Origin: Bacteroidota bacterium
Lineage (GTDB): Bacteria; Bacteroidota; Rhodothermia; Rhodothermales; UBA10348
Length of the DNA stretch: 64,000 bases
Assembly: GCA_027622005.1 (NCBI GenBank)
Contig: JAQBZH010000001.1
Span: 24,329 to 88,328, forward strand
Direction: 5' to 3'
Shown here: positions 39,652 through 48,865 of the stretch, in pieces
Numbering within the stretch: position 1 is the stretch's first letter
Layout of the letters: every line of letters starts with the position of its first letter
Made by a program: the position numbers and the translations under genes
The notes under the pieces: generated by a model
Database searches by the model: none
What the model saw: only the letters and a program-made list of their open reading frames with translations
Told to the model about the DNA's origin: nothing

Positions 39652-40716
39652 ATGGCCATCAAAACTATGTCAGAAGCAAAAACTGAAGCCCTCACCCTAG
39701 AGCAAATCAAAGCCTGGCCAAAGGCCGAGCTTCACTCTCATCTGGATGGGGCGATGCGCCTTACCACGATGCTGGAGTTAGCAGAAAAACAGGGCAAAAT
39801 GGATCTATTACCTGCTAAAACCCATGAAAAGCTGCTTGTTGAATTGGCCAAAGTAGATGATTCTTCCGACTTATTTGAGTATTTGGCCTGGTTCAAATAC
39901 ACAATTGGTTTGATGCAAACCGAGTACGCTCTGGAGCGAGTCGCTTTTGAAATGGCCGAAGACTTTTCTCGCGAAAATGTACGGTATGTAGAAGTTCGGT
40001 TTGGGCCCATATTGCACACGAGTGAAGGGCTGACTTTGAATCAAGTCATGGATGCCGTGATTCGCGGACTGAACCGGGCGCATGCCAAATATGGCATCGA
40101 TTGGGGTTTGATTGTCTGTGCTCTGAGAGACCGATTTGTAGAAGCATCCCTTGAGCAGGCTCAACTTGCGGTGTCCTATATGGATCGAGGCGTTGTGGCA
40201 TTCGATTTGGCGGGCGCAGAGGCAGGAAATCCAGCCAAGCAACATCTTGAAGCGTTTTATTACGCTCGTAATCACTTACTCAACCTGACCGTTCATGCGG
40301 GCGAGTCTTGGGGCCCCGACTCCATTCGACAAGCCCTGTTTTTTTGCGGAGCACACCGCCTCGGACACGGAATTACGCTAGTTCAGGATGAGGCCCTACT
40401 CGAGTTTGTAAAAGACCATCAAATTCCACTTGAAATTTGCCCAACCAGCAATGTTCAGACCAACGTGGTGCCGTCGTATGAAGAACATCCCCTCAAAATG
40501 CTCGTCGAGCGCGGGGTACCGGTCACGATAAACACCGACAGTCGACTTTTTAGTCATACTAATACGTCGGGTGAACTTTATTTGGCGCATACACGCTGTG
40601 GTCTGAGCGCAGAGCAAACCCGCCAAGTTGCCCTCAATGGCTTTAAACATGCTTTTTTGCCGCTAGAAATTCGGTCTCGAATGATGGCTGATGCGCAAAC
40701 CCAGATCTGGAGTTGA
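39652..40716 (+). CDS. add: adenosine deaminase
   Basis: 354 aa. ELHSHLDGA, HAGE and INTD metal/catalytic motifs. Confidence 0.9.
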   Translation: MAIKTMSEAKTEALTLEQIKAWPKAELHSHLDGAMRLTTMLELAEKQGKMDLLPAKTHEKLLVELAKVDDSSDLFEYLAWFKYTIGLMQTEYALERVAFEMAEDFSRENVRYVEVRFGPILHTSEGLTLNQVMDAVIRGLNRAHAKYGIDWGLIVCALRDRFVEASLEQAQLAVSYMDRGVVAFDLAGAEAGNPAKQHLEAFYYARNHLLNLTVHAGESWGPDSIRQALFFCGAHRLGHGITLVQDEALLEFVKDHQIPLEICPTSNVQTNVVPSYEEHPLKMLVERGVPVTINTDSRLFSHTNTSGELYLAHTRCGLSAEQTRQVALNGFKHAFLPLEIRSRMMADAQTQIWS

Positions 40717-42039
40717 ATGGCTGATCTATTGAATTCAGATTCGACAAAGGCCGACCCGGGTTTAAACGAACGCGTAATTTCTCAAAGCCGGGGTTTGGTC
40801 GGTACGGTCCATTTGCCGGCCGATAAATCAATCGCCCATCGAGCGGCCCTTTTTTCCGCGTTGAGCACCGGAACCAGCCATATTGTTGGATATCCTACTT
40901 CCGAGGATCCACAGAGCACCTTGTCCTGCCTTAGGCAGCTCGGTATTAAAATGGTGGAGGACGAGGTCGGACTTTCTATCTCAAGCAATGGTTTGAGTGG
41001 ATTTGAAGCGCCGACTAAAGCCCTCGATTGCGGGAATTCCGGCACGACCATGCGGCTACTTTCGGGAATGTTGGCAGGCCAATCATTTTCAAGCGTTTTA
41101 ACAGGAGATGCTTCCCTTTCAGCCCGGCCTATGGGCCGAATTCTTGACCCGTTGCAAAAAATGGGGGCCGTGATTTATTCCAACAGTGGGAGAGCACCGC
41201 TTAGAATTGACCCTTCTAAGGGACTTCAGGGTATGGAGTATCTGTTGCCGGTAGCCTCTGCCCAGGTGAAATCGTGCGTTTTACTGGCCGGATTGTGGGC
41301 GAAGGGCGAAACAACGGTGATTGAAGAAGTGCCAACCAGAGATCACACGGAACGCATGTTGGGGCTTCCTAGCGTGACCATTGGCTCGAAACGATACATC
41401 TCGGTTCAAGGAGGAAAGCCGTTAAAGGCTCAAACTTGGTCCATCCCTTGCGATTTCTCCGCTGCGGCATTTTTCCTTGTTGCCGGGTCCGTGGTTCCCA
41501 ATTCTGCCCTTCATCTACCCCGGGTCGGATTAAATCCAACTCGAACAGGATTGATAGACATATTAAGGGCCATGGGGGCCGATATTACTATCCGAAGCGA
41601 ACGAATTGTGGCGGGTGAGCCTATCGGGGATATTTGGGTTCGGTCCTCTCAGCTCACCGGCATTGAGATTGGAGGTGCTGTGATTCCCAATATTATCGAT
41701 GAGATCCCCATTTTGGCCGTTGCAGGAGCTCTGGCTGAAGGGAAAACCATCATTCGCGACGCAGAGGAGCTTAGATTCAAGGAAACTGATCGGATTTCCG
41801 CGATGGTAAAAGGTCTATCTACCCTTGGCGTTCAGATAAAAGAGAACAAAGACGGTATGACCATCACTGGCGGAAAGGCTCTGGGGAGCGGGACGGTCGA
41901 AAGTTATACCGACCACCGAATCGCGATGGCCATGGGCGTTGCCGGTCTAGTGAGTACCGGACGAGTTCGTATTCAAGGAGCCAATGCCGCTTCCGTCTCC
42001 TTTCCAACGTTTTGGGACATTCTGGCTGACCTTGGTTAA
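40717..42039 (+). CDS. aroA: 3-phosphoshikimate 1-carboxyvinyltransferase (EPSP synthase)
   Basis: 440 aa. LPADKSIAHRA, GNSGTTMRLL and DHRIAMA motifs. The ATG immediately follows the add stop (TGAATG). Confidence 0.95.
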   Translation: MADLLNSDSTKADPGLNERVISQSRGLVGTVHLPADKSIAHRAALFSALSTGTSHIVGYPTSEDPQSTLSCLRQLGIKMVEDEVGLSISSNGLSGFEAPTKALDCGNSGTTMRLLSGMLAGQSFSSVLTGDASLSARPMGRILDPLQKMGAVIYSNSGRAPLRIDPSKGLQGMEYLLPVASAQVKSCVLLAGLWAKGETTVIEEVPTRDHTERMLGLPSVTIGSKRYISVQGGKPLKAQTWSIPCDFSAAAFFLVAGSVVPNSALHLPRVGLNPTRTGLIDILRAMGADITIRSERIVAGEPIGDIWVRSSQLTGIEIGGAVIPNIIDEIPILAVAGALAEGKTIIRDAEELRFKETDRISAMVKGLSTLGVQIKENKDGMTITGGKALGSGTVESYTDHRIAMAMGVAGLVSTGRVRIQGANAASVSFPTFWDILADLG

Positions 42040-42446
42040 GAACTCGAAGTAGGAATCCAGAGGTGTTTTTCGATGTCGATTATACCGTCGTCGACAAATT
42101 CGATGCCCTCACTTCGAAGCATATCTTCCATAACAAAGGGTCCGCCAAAACCAGATCGACCGCTCAGCCCACCATAGCGATTAACGACGCGATGGCACGG
42201 TAAACCGGCGCCTTTCGCAGCTCTCAAAGCCCATCCAACCGTCCTGGCGGCACTTTTTGATCCTAAATACTCGGCAATGTGTCCATAGGTGGTCACTTTT
42301 CCGAATGGAATTTCAGCGACCACTTTCCAAACCCGATCAAAAAAATCCGGAGCCGCCGCTGCTTCGTCTGTTGATTGGTGGTTGGACCGTTTCTTGGGCG
42401 GGGCTAAAGCCCCGCCCAAGAAATCCAATTTATTACGCGCGGCCAT
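42036..42446 (-). CDS. MGMT-family DNA-binding/alkyltransferase domain protein
   Basis: 136 aa. IPFGKVTTYG ... PCHRVV active-site motif. Lacks the N-terminal Ada/Ogt domain. Confidence 0.8.
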   Translation of the reverse strand: MAARNKLDFLGGALAPPKKRSNHQSTDEAAAAPDFFDRVWKVVAEIPFGKVTTYGHIAEYLGSKSAARTVGWALRAAKGAGLPCHRVVNRYGGLSGRSGFGGPFVMEDMLRSEGIEFVDDGIIDIEKHLWIPTSSS

Positions 42447-42449
42447 TCG

Positions 42450-43337
42450 TTACTGGTTGCCTAAAATGATAGGAAGTCCATCTTTTCCACCCACAATGAC
42501 GGTCTTCGCATTGGGTGAATTGGCTAGCGCCTGCGTTGCTTCGATACCCTTGTATCTCAAAAACTGGTCTGAAAGACTTTGGGTGATAATCCGCTGGTAT
42601 TCGGCCTGCCCACGGGCCTCGATTTCCTTTCGTTGGGCCTCCAATCCTTCTTTCCGAAGCGTAAACTCATATCGTTCGGCTTCCTGCTCTTCTTTCAGTT
42701 TATTCTCGATAGCCGTCCGAATTTGGTCGGGCAATGAAATATTTCTGATCAAAACAGCGTCAACCGTTATGTTTTGGCTCGAAACCGCATCCCGCACGCG
42801 CGTGAAAATGGCCTCTTGAAGTTCTTGCCGGCGGGAAGAATAGAGTTCCTCCGGCGTGTACTGACCGACTATTTGGCGCACGGCGCTTCGAAGTTCAGGC
42901 TGAACCAGCTTCCTGTAGTAGTCTTCACCGTACGTCACGTGGATGTTTGCAAGCTCCGTTGAAACCGGACGCCAGCGAATGGAGGCGTCCATTCCTATGG
43001 ATAAACCGTTGGACGACAAGGCATCGATATCTTCCAATTGCTCTTGAACGCGGACGTCGTATCTAACTAAATTTACCCAGGGAGCGTGAACCTGGAGGCC
43101 TTCCCCATACAATTTGGAGAGGTCAGTTCCCCCAAAAACGCTGAATTTAACAGCACTTTCGCCGGAACCGATGCTCGTGGTCATACAACCACTGGCAATG
43201 ATTACCAGGAGTAAAAATGAAAACGCGAAAATCCCGCCGCGAAGTGCGAGGCGGGAAACGTTGGGAAATTGGTTGATAGGCATAATTAATTCTGATTGTC
43301 TTCGATGAAGGAAAATATTATTCCATAATTTGTGCAA
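42450..43337 (-). CDS. SPFH/band-7 (prohibitin-like) membrane lipoprotein
   Basis: 295 aa. TM/lipobox (IIASGC), SPFH core, and a C-terminal coiled-coil region (KLKEEQEAERYEF...). Confidence 0.85.
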   Translation of the reverse strand: MHKLWNNIFLHRRQSELIMPINQFPNVSRLALRGGIFAFSFLLLVIIASGCMTTSIGSGESAVKFSVFGGTDLSKLYGEGLQVHAPWVNLVRYDVRVQEQLEDIDALSSNGLSIGMDASIRWRPVSTELANIHVTYGEDYYRKLVQPELRSAVRQIVGQYTPEELYSSRRQELQEAIFTRVRDAVSSQNITVDAVLIRNISLPDQIRTAIENKLKEEQEAERYEFTLRKEGLEAQRKEIEARGQAEYQRIITQSLSDQFLRYKGIEATQALANSPNAKTVIVGGKDGLPIILGNQ

Positions 43338-43387
43338 CGGACTGCCTGTTCGATAGTTGCGTAGGTCCTTGAATCACCAGAAGAATT

Positions 43388-44359
43388 TTGACCGTCATCT
43401 TGATGCCTTTGGGAATCGTATCCTCACATATGATTGATGAACTGAACCAACATCTGGGTCAGGATAGAGTATTGGAAGACCATGTTTTGGCTCCCTATAC
43501 GACCTTCAAGATTGGAGGACCAGCGGACGCGTTTTTTGAGGCGAAAACGGCCAATGAACTGGCATCAGCGATAAAAATCGCCCGACGGTTAGAAGTGCCG
43601 TTCTTTGTTTTGGGGCTCGGCGCCAATATTTTAGTTGGCGATAAGGGCTTTAGAGGTCTCGTGATTCGTAATGCAGCCGCCGGTATCTCGATCTCAGAGA
43701 GTGGGATATTAACGGTTGAAAGCGGCGCAATTGTCTGGCCGGACGTCATCCGATTTACTACGCAAAGTGGCTATTCTGGACTGGAGCATTATGCCGGCAT
43801 CCCATCAACCATTGGGGGTGCGCTGTGGCAAAATCTACACTTTTTGTCCCCAGCTCCGGAGCGCGAAAGAACGATGTTTATTGATGAAGTCTTTTTGGAC
43901 GCCGTCATTTTAAGTCCGGAAAACGCCCGAAAGGAGGTCTCACACGACTATTTTGATTTTGGATACGACGAGTCGATTCTCCATTATTCGGGTGATATCG
44001 TATTAATTGCTCGATTCCAGCTAGCTAAAGATGACCCGGCTAGATTGGAACAGGTTATCACCGAAAATCTAGCATGGCGTGCCGAAAGACACCCTCCGCT
44101 CGATTTGGAGCCCAGCGCTGGATCCATTTTCAAAAAAATTGACGGGATTGGAGCGGGAAGACTGATTGATGAGGCAGGACTGAAAGGAGAACGTATTGGT
44201 GATATTGAAATCACCCGGAGGCATGCCAACATTATGATAAATCGGGGAGCTGGCCGAGCGGCGGACGTTATGGCCATGATTGAGAAAGTGCAGCGGGTTG
44301 TTAAAGAGCGAACAGGGTACCTTTTGGAACCGGAAATAGCTTTTGTCGGCGATTTTTAG
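43388..44359 (+). CDS. murB: UDP-N-acetylenolpyruvoylglucosamine reductase
   Basis: APYTTFKIGGPADAFF, GLGANIL and SAGSIFK motifs. The start could instead be the internal ATG at 43430. Confidence 0.92.
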   Translation: MTVILMPLGIVSSHMIDELNQHLGQDRVLEDHVLAPYTTFKIGGPADAFFEAKTANELASAIKIARRLEVPFFVLGLGANILVGDKGFRGLVIRNAAAGISISESGILTVESGAIVWPDVIRFTTQSGYSGLEHYAGIPSTIGGALWQNLHFLSPAPERERTMFIDEVFLDAVILSPENARKEVSHDYFDFGYDESILHYSGDIVLIARFQLAKDDPARLEQVITENLAWRAERHPPLDLEPSAGSIFKKIDGIGAGRLIDEAGLKGERIGDIEITRRHANIMINRGAGRAADVMAMIEKVQRVVKERTGYLLEPEIAFVGDF

Positions 44360-44362
44360 CAA

Positions 44363-45097
44363 TTGACCCCATTTAGGGGCTGTTTATTCGGATATTGGGG
44401 CAAAAACGATAATGAGAGAATCGATTTGAACTGGTTTTGGGGTAGCTGGGCCGTTTTAGAAAAGGACATTCGATTGGAATGGCGGAATCGGTATGCGCTA
44501 AACATGCTGTTGATGTTTGTCCTTTCGTCGTTGTTTTTAATTGCTCTCGCTGTCGGACAAGAACCCATCAGTGAACCGCTAAAATCGGCGTTGTTATGGG
44601 TTGTGATCATGTTTTCAGCGGCCATTGGTTTAGGGCGATCGTTTATCGCCGAGCAGGAACGGGGAACGGTGCTTTTACTCCAGTTGAATGTGCGTGGGAG
44701 CCAGGTCTTGGCTGGAAAATTGATATTTAACTTCATTTTGCTGACGGCCGTCGATCTGGTTGGACTTGGAATGTTCAGTTTTTTACTGGACCTCCAGATT
44801 GAACATCTTTCGCTCATGCTTGTGGTGTTGACGCTGGGGTCGATCGGACTCGCTGGCGCGACGACTTTGTTGTCTGCCATCATTGCCCGGGCGTCAAACA
44901 AAGGCCCACTGCTTCCTGTCTTGTTATTTCCAATGCTCATTCCTCTGCTTCTTTCCGTTGTACGCGCCGCTTCTGAGGCTCTGGAAGGCGGAATGGGGTG
45001 GAGTGGAGTCCAAACAGAGCTTGCGACCATAACCGCTTTTGGAGGCGTTGTTTTGACTGCTTCGTTTTTGCTATTCGAATATGTTTGGACAGAATAA
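44363..45097 (+). CDS. ccmB: haem exporter protein CcmB
   Basis: 244 aa and polytopic. The N-terminal LEKDIRLEWRNRYALNMLLMF pattern is typical of CcmB. The TTG start is uncertain. Confidence 0.8.
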   Translation: MTPFRGCLFGYWGKNDNERIDLNWFWGSWAVLEKDIRLEWRNRYALNMLLMFVLSSLFLIALAVGQEPISEPLKSALLWVVIMFSAAIGLGRSFIAEQERGTVLLLQLNVRGSQVLAGKLIFNFILLTAVDLVGLGMFSFLLDLQIEHLSLMLVVLTLGSIGLAGATTLLSAIIARASNKGPLLPVLLFPMLIPLLLSVVRAASEALEGGMGWSGVQTELATITAFGGVVLTASFLLFEYVWTE

Positions 45098-45196
45098 GCG
45101 TTTTCCTTCTCGAACAATTGACTTGCGGAGTGTGAACCTTCTCCGTAAGATTCGTCGATTATTCCTTTCGATTTGAATCTGGCCTGGTTACGATAA

Positions 45197-45889
45197 ATGG
45201 TAAACGTCAAACGATACACGGTGGTTAGAAACCTTGTTTTTGGATGGTTGACCGTGATTCTTTTAGCCGGATTCCTGCTCAACTTCCCAAAGATCAATAT
45301 CCTCGAGCACACGGCCAGAAACCTCTATTTTCACGTCCCGATGTGGTTTACGATGATGGCTGCGGCCTTCGTTTCCGGGTACCATTCCTGGAAAGTACTG
45401 CAAACTGGAGATCCACTTCGGGATATTCGGGCCCTTCAAGCGGCTCGCGTGGGTACGTTTTTTGGCATTCTGGGTATAACGACGGGAATTATATGGTCTC
45501 GGTTTACGTGGTATGTGGGAACGGATGTGTGGTGGAATTTTGACCCCCGCCAGATCATGGTTTCGATTCAATTGCTGATTTATGGCGGGTATTTCGTTTT
45601 GCGTTCCGCCCTTGACGAACCGGGTAAACGGGCTAAAATCAGCGCGGTGTTCAACCTTTTTGCGATGACGGCACTGCCCTTTTTACTCTATGTGATACCC
45701 CGGCAAATGGAAAGCCTTCATCCTGGGGCCGAAGGAAACCCAGCCTTTAGTCAAATTACGCACCCGGTCATGCGGTTGGTGTTTTATCCGGCCATTATTG
45801 GCTTTGTTGGTCTTTTTTGGGTGTTGTACACCCAACGCGTTCGGGTTGCATGGCTCAAATATCGAGTAACTCAAGATTCTGAAATGTGA
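45197..45889 (+). CDS. ccmC: haem exporter / cytochrome c biogenesis protein CcmC
   Basis: 230 aa. Trp-rich WWD-type motif (WSRFTWYVGTDVWWNFDPRQ) with flanking conserved His residues. Confidence 0.88.
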   Translation: MVNVKRYTVVRNLVFGWLTVILLAGFLLNFPKINILEHTARNLYFHVPMWFTMMAAAFVSGYHSWKVLQTGDPLRDIRALQAARVGTFFGILGITTGIIWSRFTWYVGTDVWWNFDPRQIMVSIQLLIYGGYFVLRSALDEPGKRAKISAVFNLFAMTALPFLLYVIPRQMESLHPGAEGNPAFSQITHPVMRLVFYPAIIGFVGLFWVLYTQRVRVAWLKYRVTQDSEM

Positions 45890-46191
45890 TGACGAAATCT
45901 ATTGTAGCTCTCTTCCAGAATGCGTCGCAAGTAGCTGTCACGGATTCGGCGGCAACAGGCACCGTTTCCACGGCTTACGACAGTTTATGGACGGGTGCTG
46001 ACATCCCCACACAGGCGCCAAGTGCACTGGAACAAGTCATGCTTTCGGACGAAAAAATATTCGTGGTTTTGGCCGTGGTTCTGATCATCTGGATTGGAGT
46101 GATCCTCCTGATTTTAAGGACAGATCGACACCTTACGCGTGTGGAACGATCGGTGGCTGAAAACATTCCAGATGCAGACGATGGTCTGTAA
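45886..46191 (+). CDS. CcmD-like small membrane protein
   Basis: 101 aa. Single TM helix followed by a basic segment (LILRTDRHLTRVER). The start overlaps the ccmC stop. It sits in the ccmD position. Confidence 0.5.
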   Translation: MMTKSIVALFQNASQVAVTDSAATGTVSTAYDSLWTGADIPTQAPSALEQVMLSDEKIFVVLAVVLIIWIGVILLILRTDRHLTRVERSVAENIPDADDGL

Positions 46192-46226
46192 CTTTTACTC
46201 TTAATAGATCTTTTCTGGTTGCCCCT

Positions 46227-46628
46227 ATGAAGCCGAAAACAATTGTCGGACTCATTTTAATAGTCGGATTTTCTTCCATGCTGTTCCTAAACTTTGGGCA
46301 GCAAGTGGGGGGTTACATGAACTTTGAAGAGGCCGAGGATACCGGGGACAAGGCTCATGTGGTTGGCATGTGGGTCGATGAAGCAGCGTTCAGATACGAC
46401 GCTTCAACCAATATTTTCACGTTCCATATGCAGGATGATGCTGGCAATGTCCGCGAAATTCGTTACAAAAATCCGAAACCGGCCAACTTTGAAGACGCGG
46501 AAAAATTGGTGATTGAAGGCGTTGCCGAAGGCGATCACTTTGTGGCGCATAATATTCTGGTCAAATGCCCTTCCAAATACAATGATGCGCGTGGTCTTCA
46601 GGAGTACGAAGAGCCGGTCGAAAGCTAG
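46227..46628 (+). CDS. ccmE: cytochrome c maturation haem chaperone CcmE, CxxxY variant
   Basis: 133 aa. N-terminal TM anchor and OB-fold-length body. The haem-attachment motif reads VKCPSKY (Cys114, codon 46566-46568) where canonical CcmE has HxxxY. Confidence 0.85.
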   Translation: MKPKTIVGLILIVGFSSMLFLNFGQQVGGYMNFEEAEDTGDKAHVVGMWVDEAAFRYDASTNIFTFHMQDDAGNVREIRYKNPKPANFEDAEKLVIEGVAEGDHFVAHNILVKCPSKYNDARGLQEYEEPVES

Positions 46629-46669
46629 AACAGGCTACGGGAGCCAAGTTGAGGGTTAAACGCGTCCAG

Positions 46670-48076
46670 CTACAGGTACAGCCAGTTCGCCAGCAGAAAA
46701 AAGATCAGAATTCCCAGGATGTCGTTGCTGGTGGTGATAAAAGGACCCGTAGCGAGGGCTGGATCGATTCCTACTTTATCCAAAAGAAGCGGAATAGTGG
46801 CGCCGAGTGTAGTTGCAACGACGATTACGAACATTAATGCCAAAGAAGCGGTGTAGGCCAATTCTATGGGTCCACGCATGCCGGAGAAAGTTCCATAAAT
46901 GATGATCGCTATTCCCAGCATGGTTGCCGCTACGGTACCGTTGACCAAGGCAACCAACACTTCTTTGGTCAATCGCTTCCAAATGTCGGTGGCCCAAATA
47001 TCTCCAGAAGCCAAGCCCTGAACAGCAATAGCGGAGCTCTGAATCCCCGCGTTTCCCGCTGTGGCCATCACAATCGGTATAAAACTCGCCAAAATGGCCG
47101 CCGAAGCCAAAGACTCCTCGAACAGCAATATGACGATTGCGGCCATTGTAGCTCCTGCTAGACCCACCATAAGCCACGGCAGCCTACCGCGTACAATTTG
47201 TAGCACCGAGTCGGTGTGTTCTTCGCCACCGGCCACCCCGGACATGCGTTGATAGTCTTCTTCCGCTTCTTCGCGGATAACGTCCACGACGTCGTCAATG
47301 GTAATCCGGCCCACTAAACATCCTTCGGCATCGGTTACAGCCAGTGTGACCAGGTCGTAGCGCTCCATAAGTCGGGCAACGTCCTCCTGATCGACATCGG
47401 TAGTCACGGATTTGACATCGCTGGTCATGATGTCCCGAATCAGCTTCTTTGATGGCGATAGCAACAAACTTTTCATGTCGACGATTCCGACCAATCGATC
47501 CAGTTCATCCACTACGAAAAGGACGAATAGGTCTTCCATCTGGTCAGCATTGCGCCTGACTTCCTCTGTGGCATCCGCCACGGTGAAATCGACTCCCACG
47601 GCAATGTATTCCGTGGCCATAAGGCCACCGGCCGTATCCTCGTCGTGAGAAAGCAACTCCTTGACGTCAATATGATCCTCTAGTTCGGGAAGGATCTGTT
47701 GGGCTACATCGTCGGGCAAGTCGGCTAGAACGTCGGCGGCATCGTCGGTGTACAGCTCATCGATCATGGCCGCTAGGCGCACCGGCGATATCGTGTCGAG
47801 GAGGTTGGCGCGGTAGTCATCGTCGAGCTCAGCCAAAATGTCTGCGGCCGTCTCAACCGGCAGCCATAGCAACACTTTTTGGGCTTCCTCTTTGGAAAGG
47901 TGAGTCACGATACTCGCCAAATCCGCCGGGTGAAGGTCCGTCAAAATATTCAACACCATTCCTACCTGATCCGTATCGATCAGGTCAGAAATATCCTCGA
48001 CCAGCTGGGCATCTACTTCAAGAACCCCGCCGAGGCGATCTCTTTCTTCGGGTGGTATGTTGGACAATACTTCCAT
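46670..48076 (-). CDS. mgtE: magnesium transporter MgtE
   Basis: 468 aa. N domain, tandem CBS region, and a C-terminal TM domain with ATAGNAGIQSSAI and PFITTSNDILG motifs. Confidence 0.93.
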   Translation of the reverse strand: MEVLSNIPPEERDRLGGVLEVDAQLVEDISDLIDTDQVGMVLNILTDLHPADLASIVTHLSKEEAQKVLLWLPVETAADILAELDDDYRANLLDTISPVRLAAMIDELYTDDAADVLADLPDDVAQQILPELEDHIDVKELLSHDEDTAGGLMATEYIAVGVDFTVADATEEVRRNADQMEDLFVLFVVDELDRLVGIVDMKSLLLSPSKKLIRDIMTSDVKSVTTDVDQEDVARLMERYDLVTLAVTDAEGCLVGRITIDDVVDVIREEAEEDYQRMSGVAGGEEHTDSVLQIVRGRLPWLMVGLAGATMAAIVILLFEESLASAAILASFIPIVMATAGNAGIQSSAIAVQGLASGDIWATDIWKRLTKEVLVALVNGTVAATMLGIAIIIYGTFSGMRGPIELAYTASLALMFVIVVATTLGATIPLLLDKVGIDPALATGPFITTSNDILGILIFFLLANWLYL

Positions 48077-48085
48077 TCAGGGGGT

Positions 48086-48865
48086 TTAGTCGGTCCCGGT
48101 AAGATAGATGGTTAGTTCGACAAAATCGTGGGGAGTAAGCTCTTCCGCCCGCTTGGACTCCAGGTGACTCGGTAATTGTTTGCCAAATTCGCCCAGTACG
48201 ACCGACAAACTATTCCGAAGTGTCTTACGTCTTTGGTTGAAAGCGGTGCGAATAATACGCCGGAGCGCTTTAGGATCAACCAGACTTTTAGGAGCATCAG
48301 GAGGAAATTCCAGCCTTACAATAGCACTCTTAACGTCGGGTTTCGGGTAAAAAACGTTTCGCGAGACCGGAAACATCAGCCGCGGAACGCACTCCAATTG
48401 GACCGCGACGGAAAGAATGCCGTACTCTTTGGTTCTGGGCTGTGCAACCAGCCGCGCTGCGACCTCGTGTTGCATCATTATTACGGCTTCGGAAATATGG
48501 GGGGCGGCATCCAAAAGCCCAAACAGAATCTGGGACGTGATGTAATACGGCAAATTTCCAATTACCGAAACGCGGCCTCCGGGAGCGCCCGAGGCTTTCT
48601 CACGCCAATCCATATCAAGTACATCACCTTGGATGACTTGAACTCCAGGCAAATGCCCCGAGAGGTATTCAACGGCGCGAGGATCGAGTTCAATGGCGCT
48701 GAAATCGGCGTACTTTGAGGCTAAGAGGCCGGTCAAAGCCCCGGTTCCAGGACCTATTTCGATGACTCGAGCTGAAGGCGGGGCCTCAAGGGAATCAACT
48801 ATTTTCCGAATGGTGTTCGGGTCTTGCAGGAAGTTCTGCCCAAGCCGCTTGATGGGTTGAATCAC
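48086..48865 (-). CDS. rsmA: 16S rRNA (adenine1518/1519-N6)-dimethyltransferase
   Basis: 259 aa. LGQNFL, EIGPGTGALT and GNLPYYI motifs. Confidence 0.93.
   Translation of the reverse strand: MIQPIKRLGQNFLQDPNTIRKIVDSLEAPPSARVIEIGPGTGALTGLLASKYADFSAIELDPRAVEYLSGHLPGVQVIQGDVLDMDWREKASGAPGGRVSVIGNLPYYITSQILFGLLDAAPHISEAVIMMQHEVAARLVAQPRTKEYGILSVAVQLECVPRLMFPVSRNVFYPKPDVKSAIVRLEFPPDAPKSLVDPKALRRIIRTAFNQRRKTLRNSLSVVLGEFGKQLPSHLESKRAEELTPHDFVELTIYLTGTD

Noticed and set aside
42289-42819. 176-aa plus-strand ORF
   Set aside because: It is antisense to the MGMT-family and SPFH genes. Its Ser/Ala-rich composition is typical of an opposite-strand frame.
44356-45312. 318-aa ORF on the minus strand
   Set aside because: It is entirely antisense to ccmB and the start of ccmC, which have clear family motifs. 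Its composition is low in information and it has no motif. This is a typical shadow ORF.
48176-48718. 180-aa plus-strand ORF
   Set aside because: It is antisense to rsmA, which has clear methyltransferase motifs.
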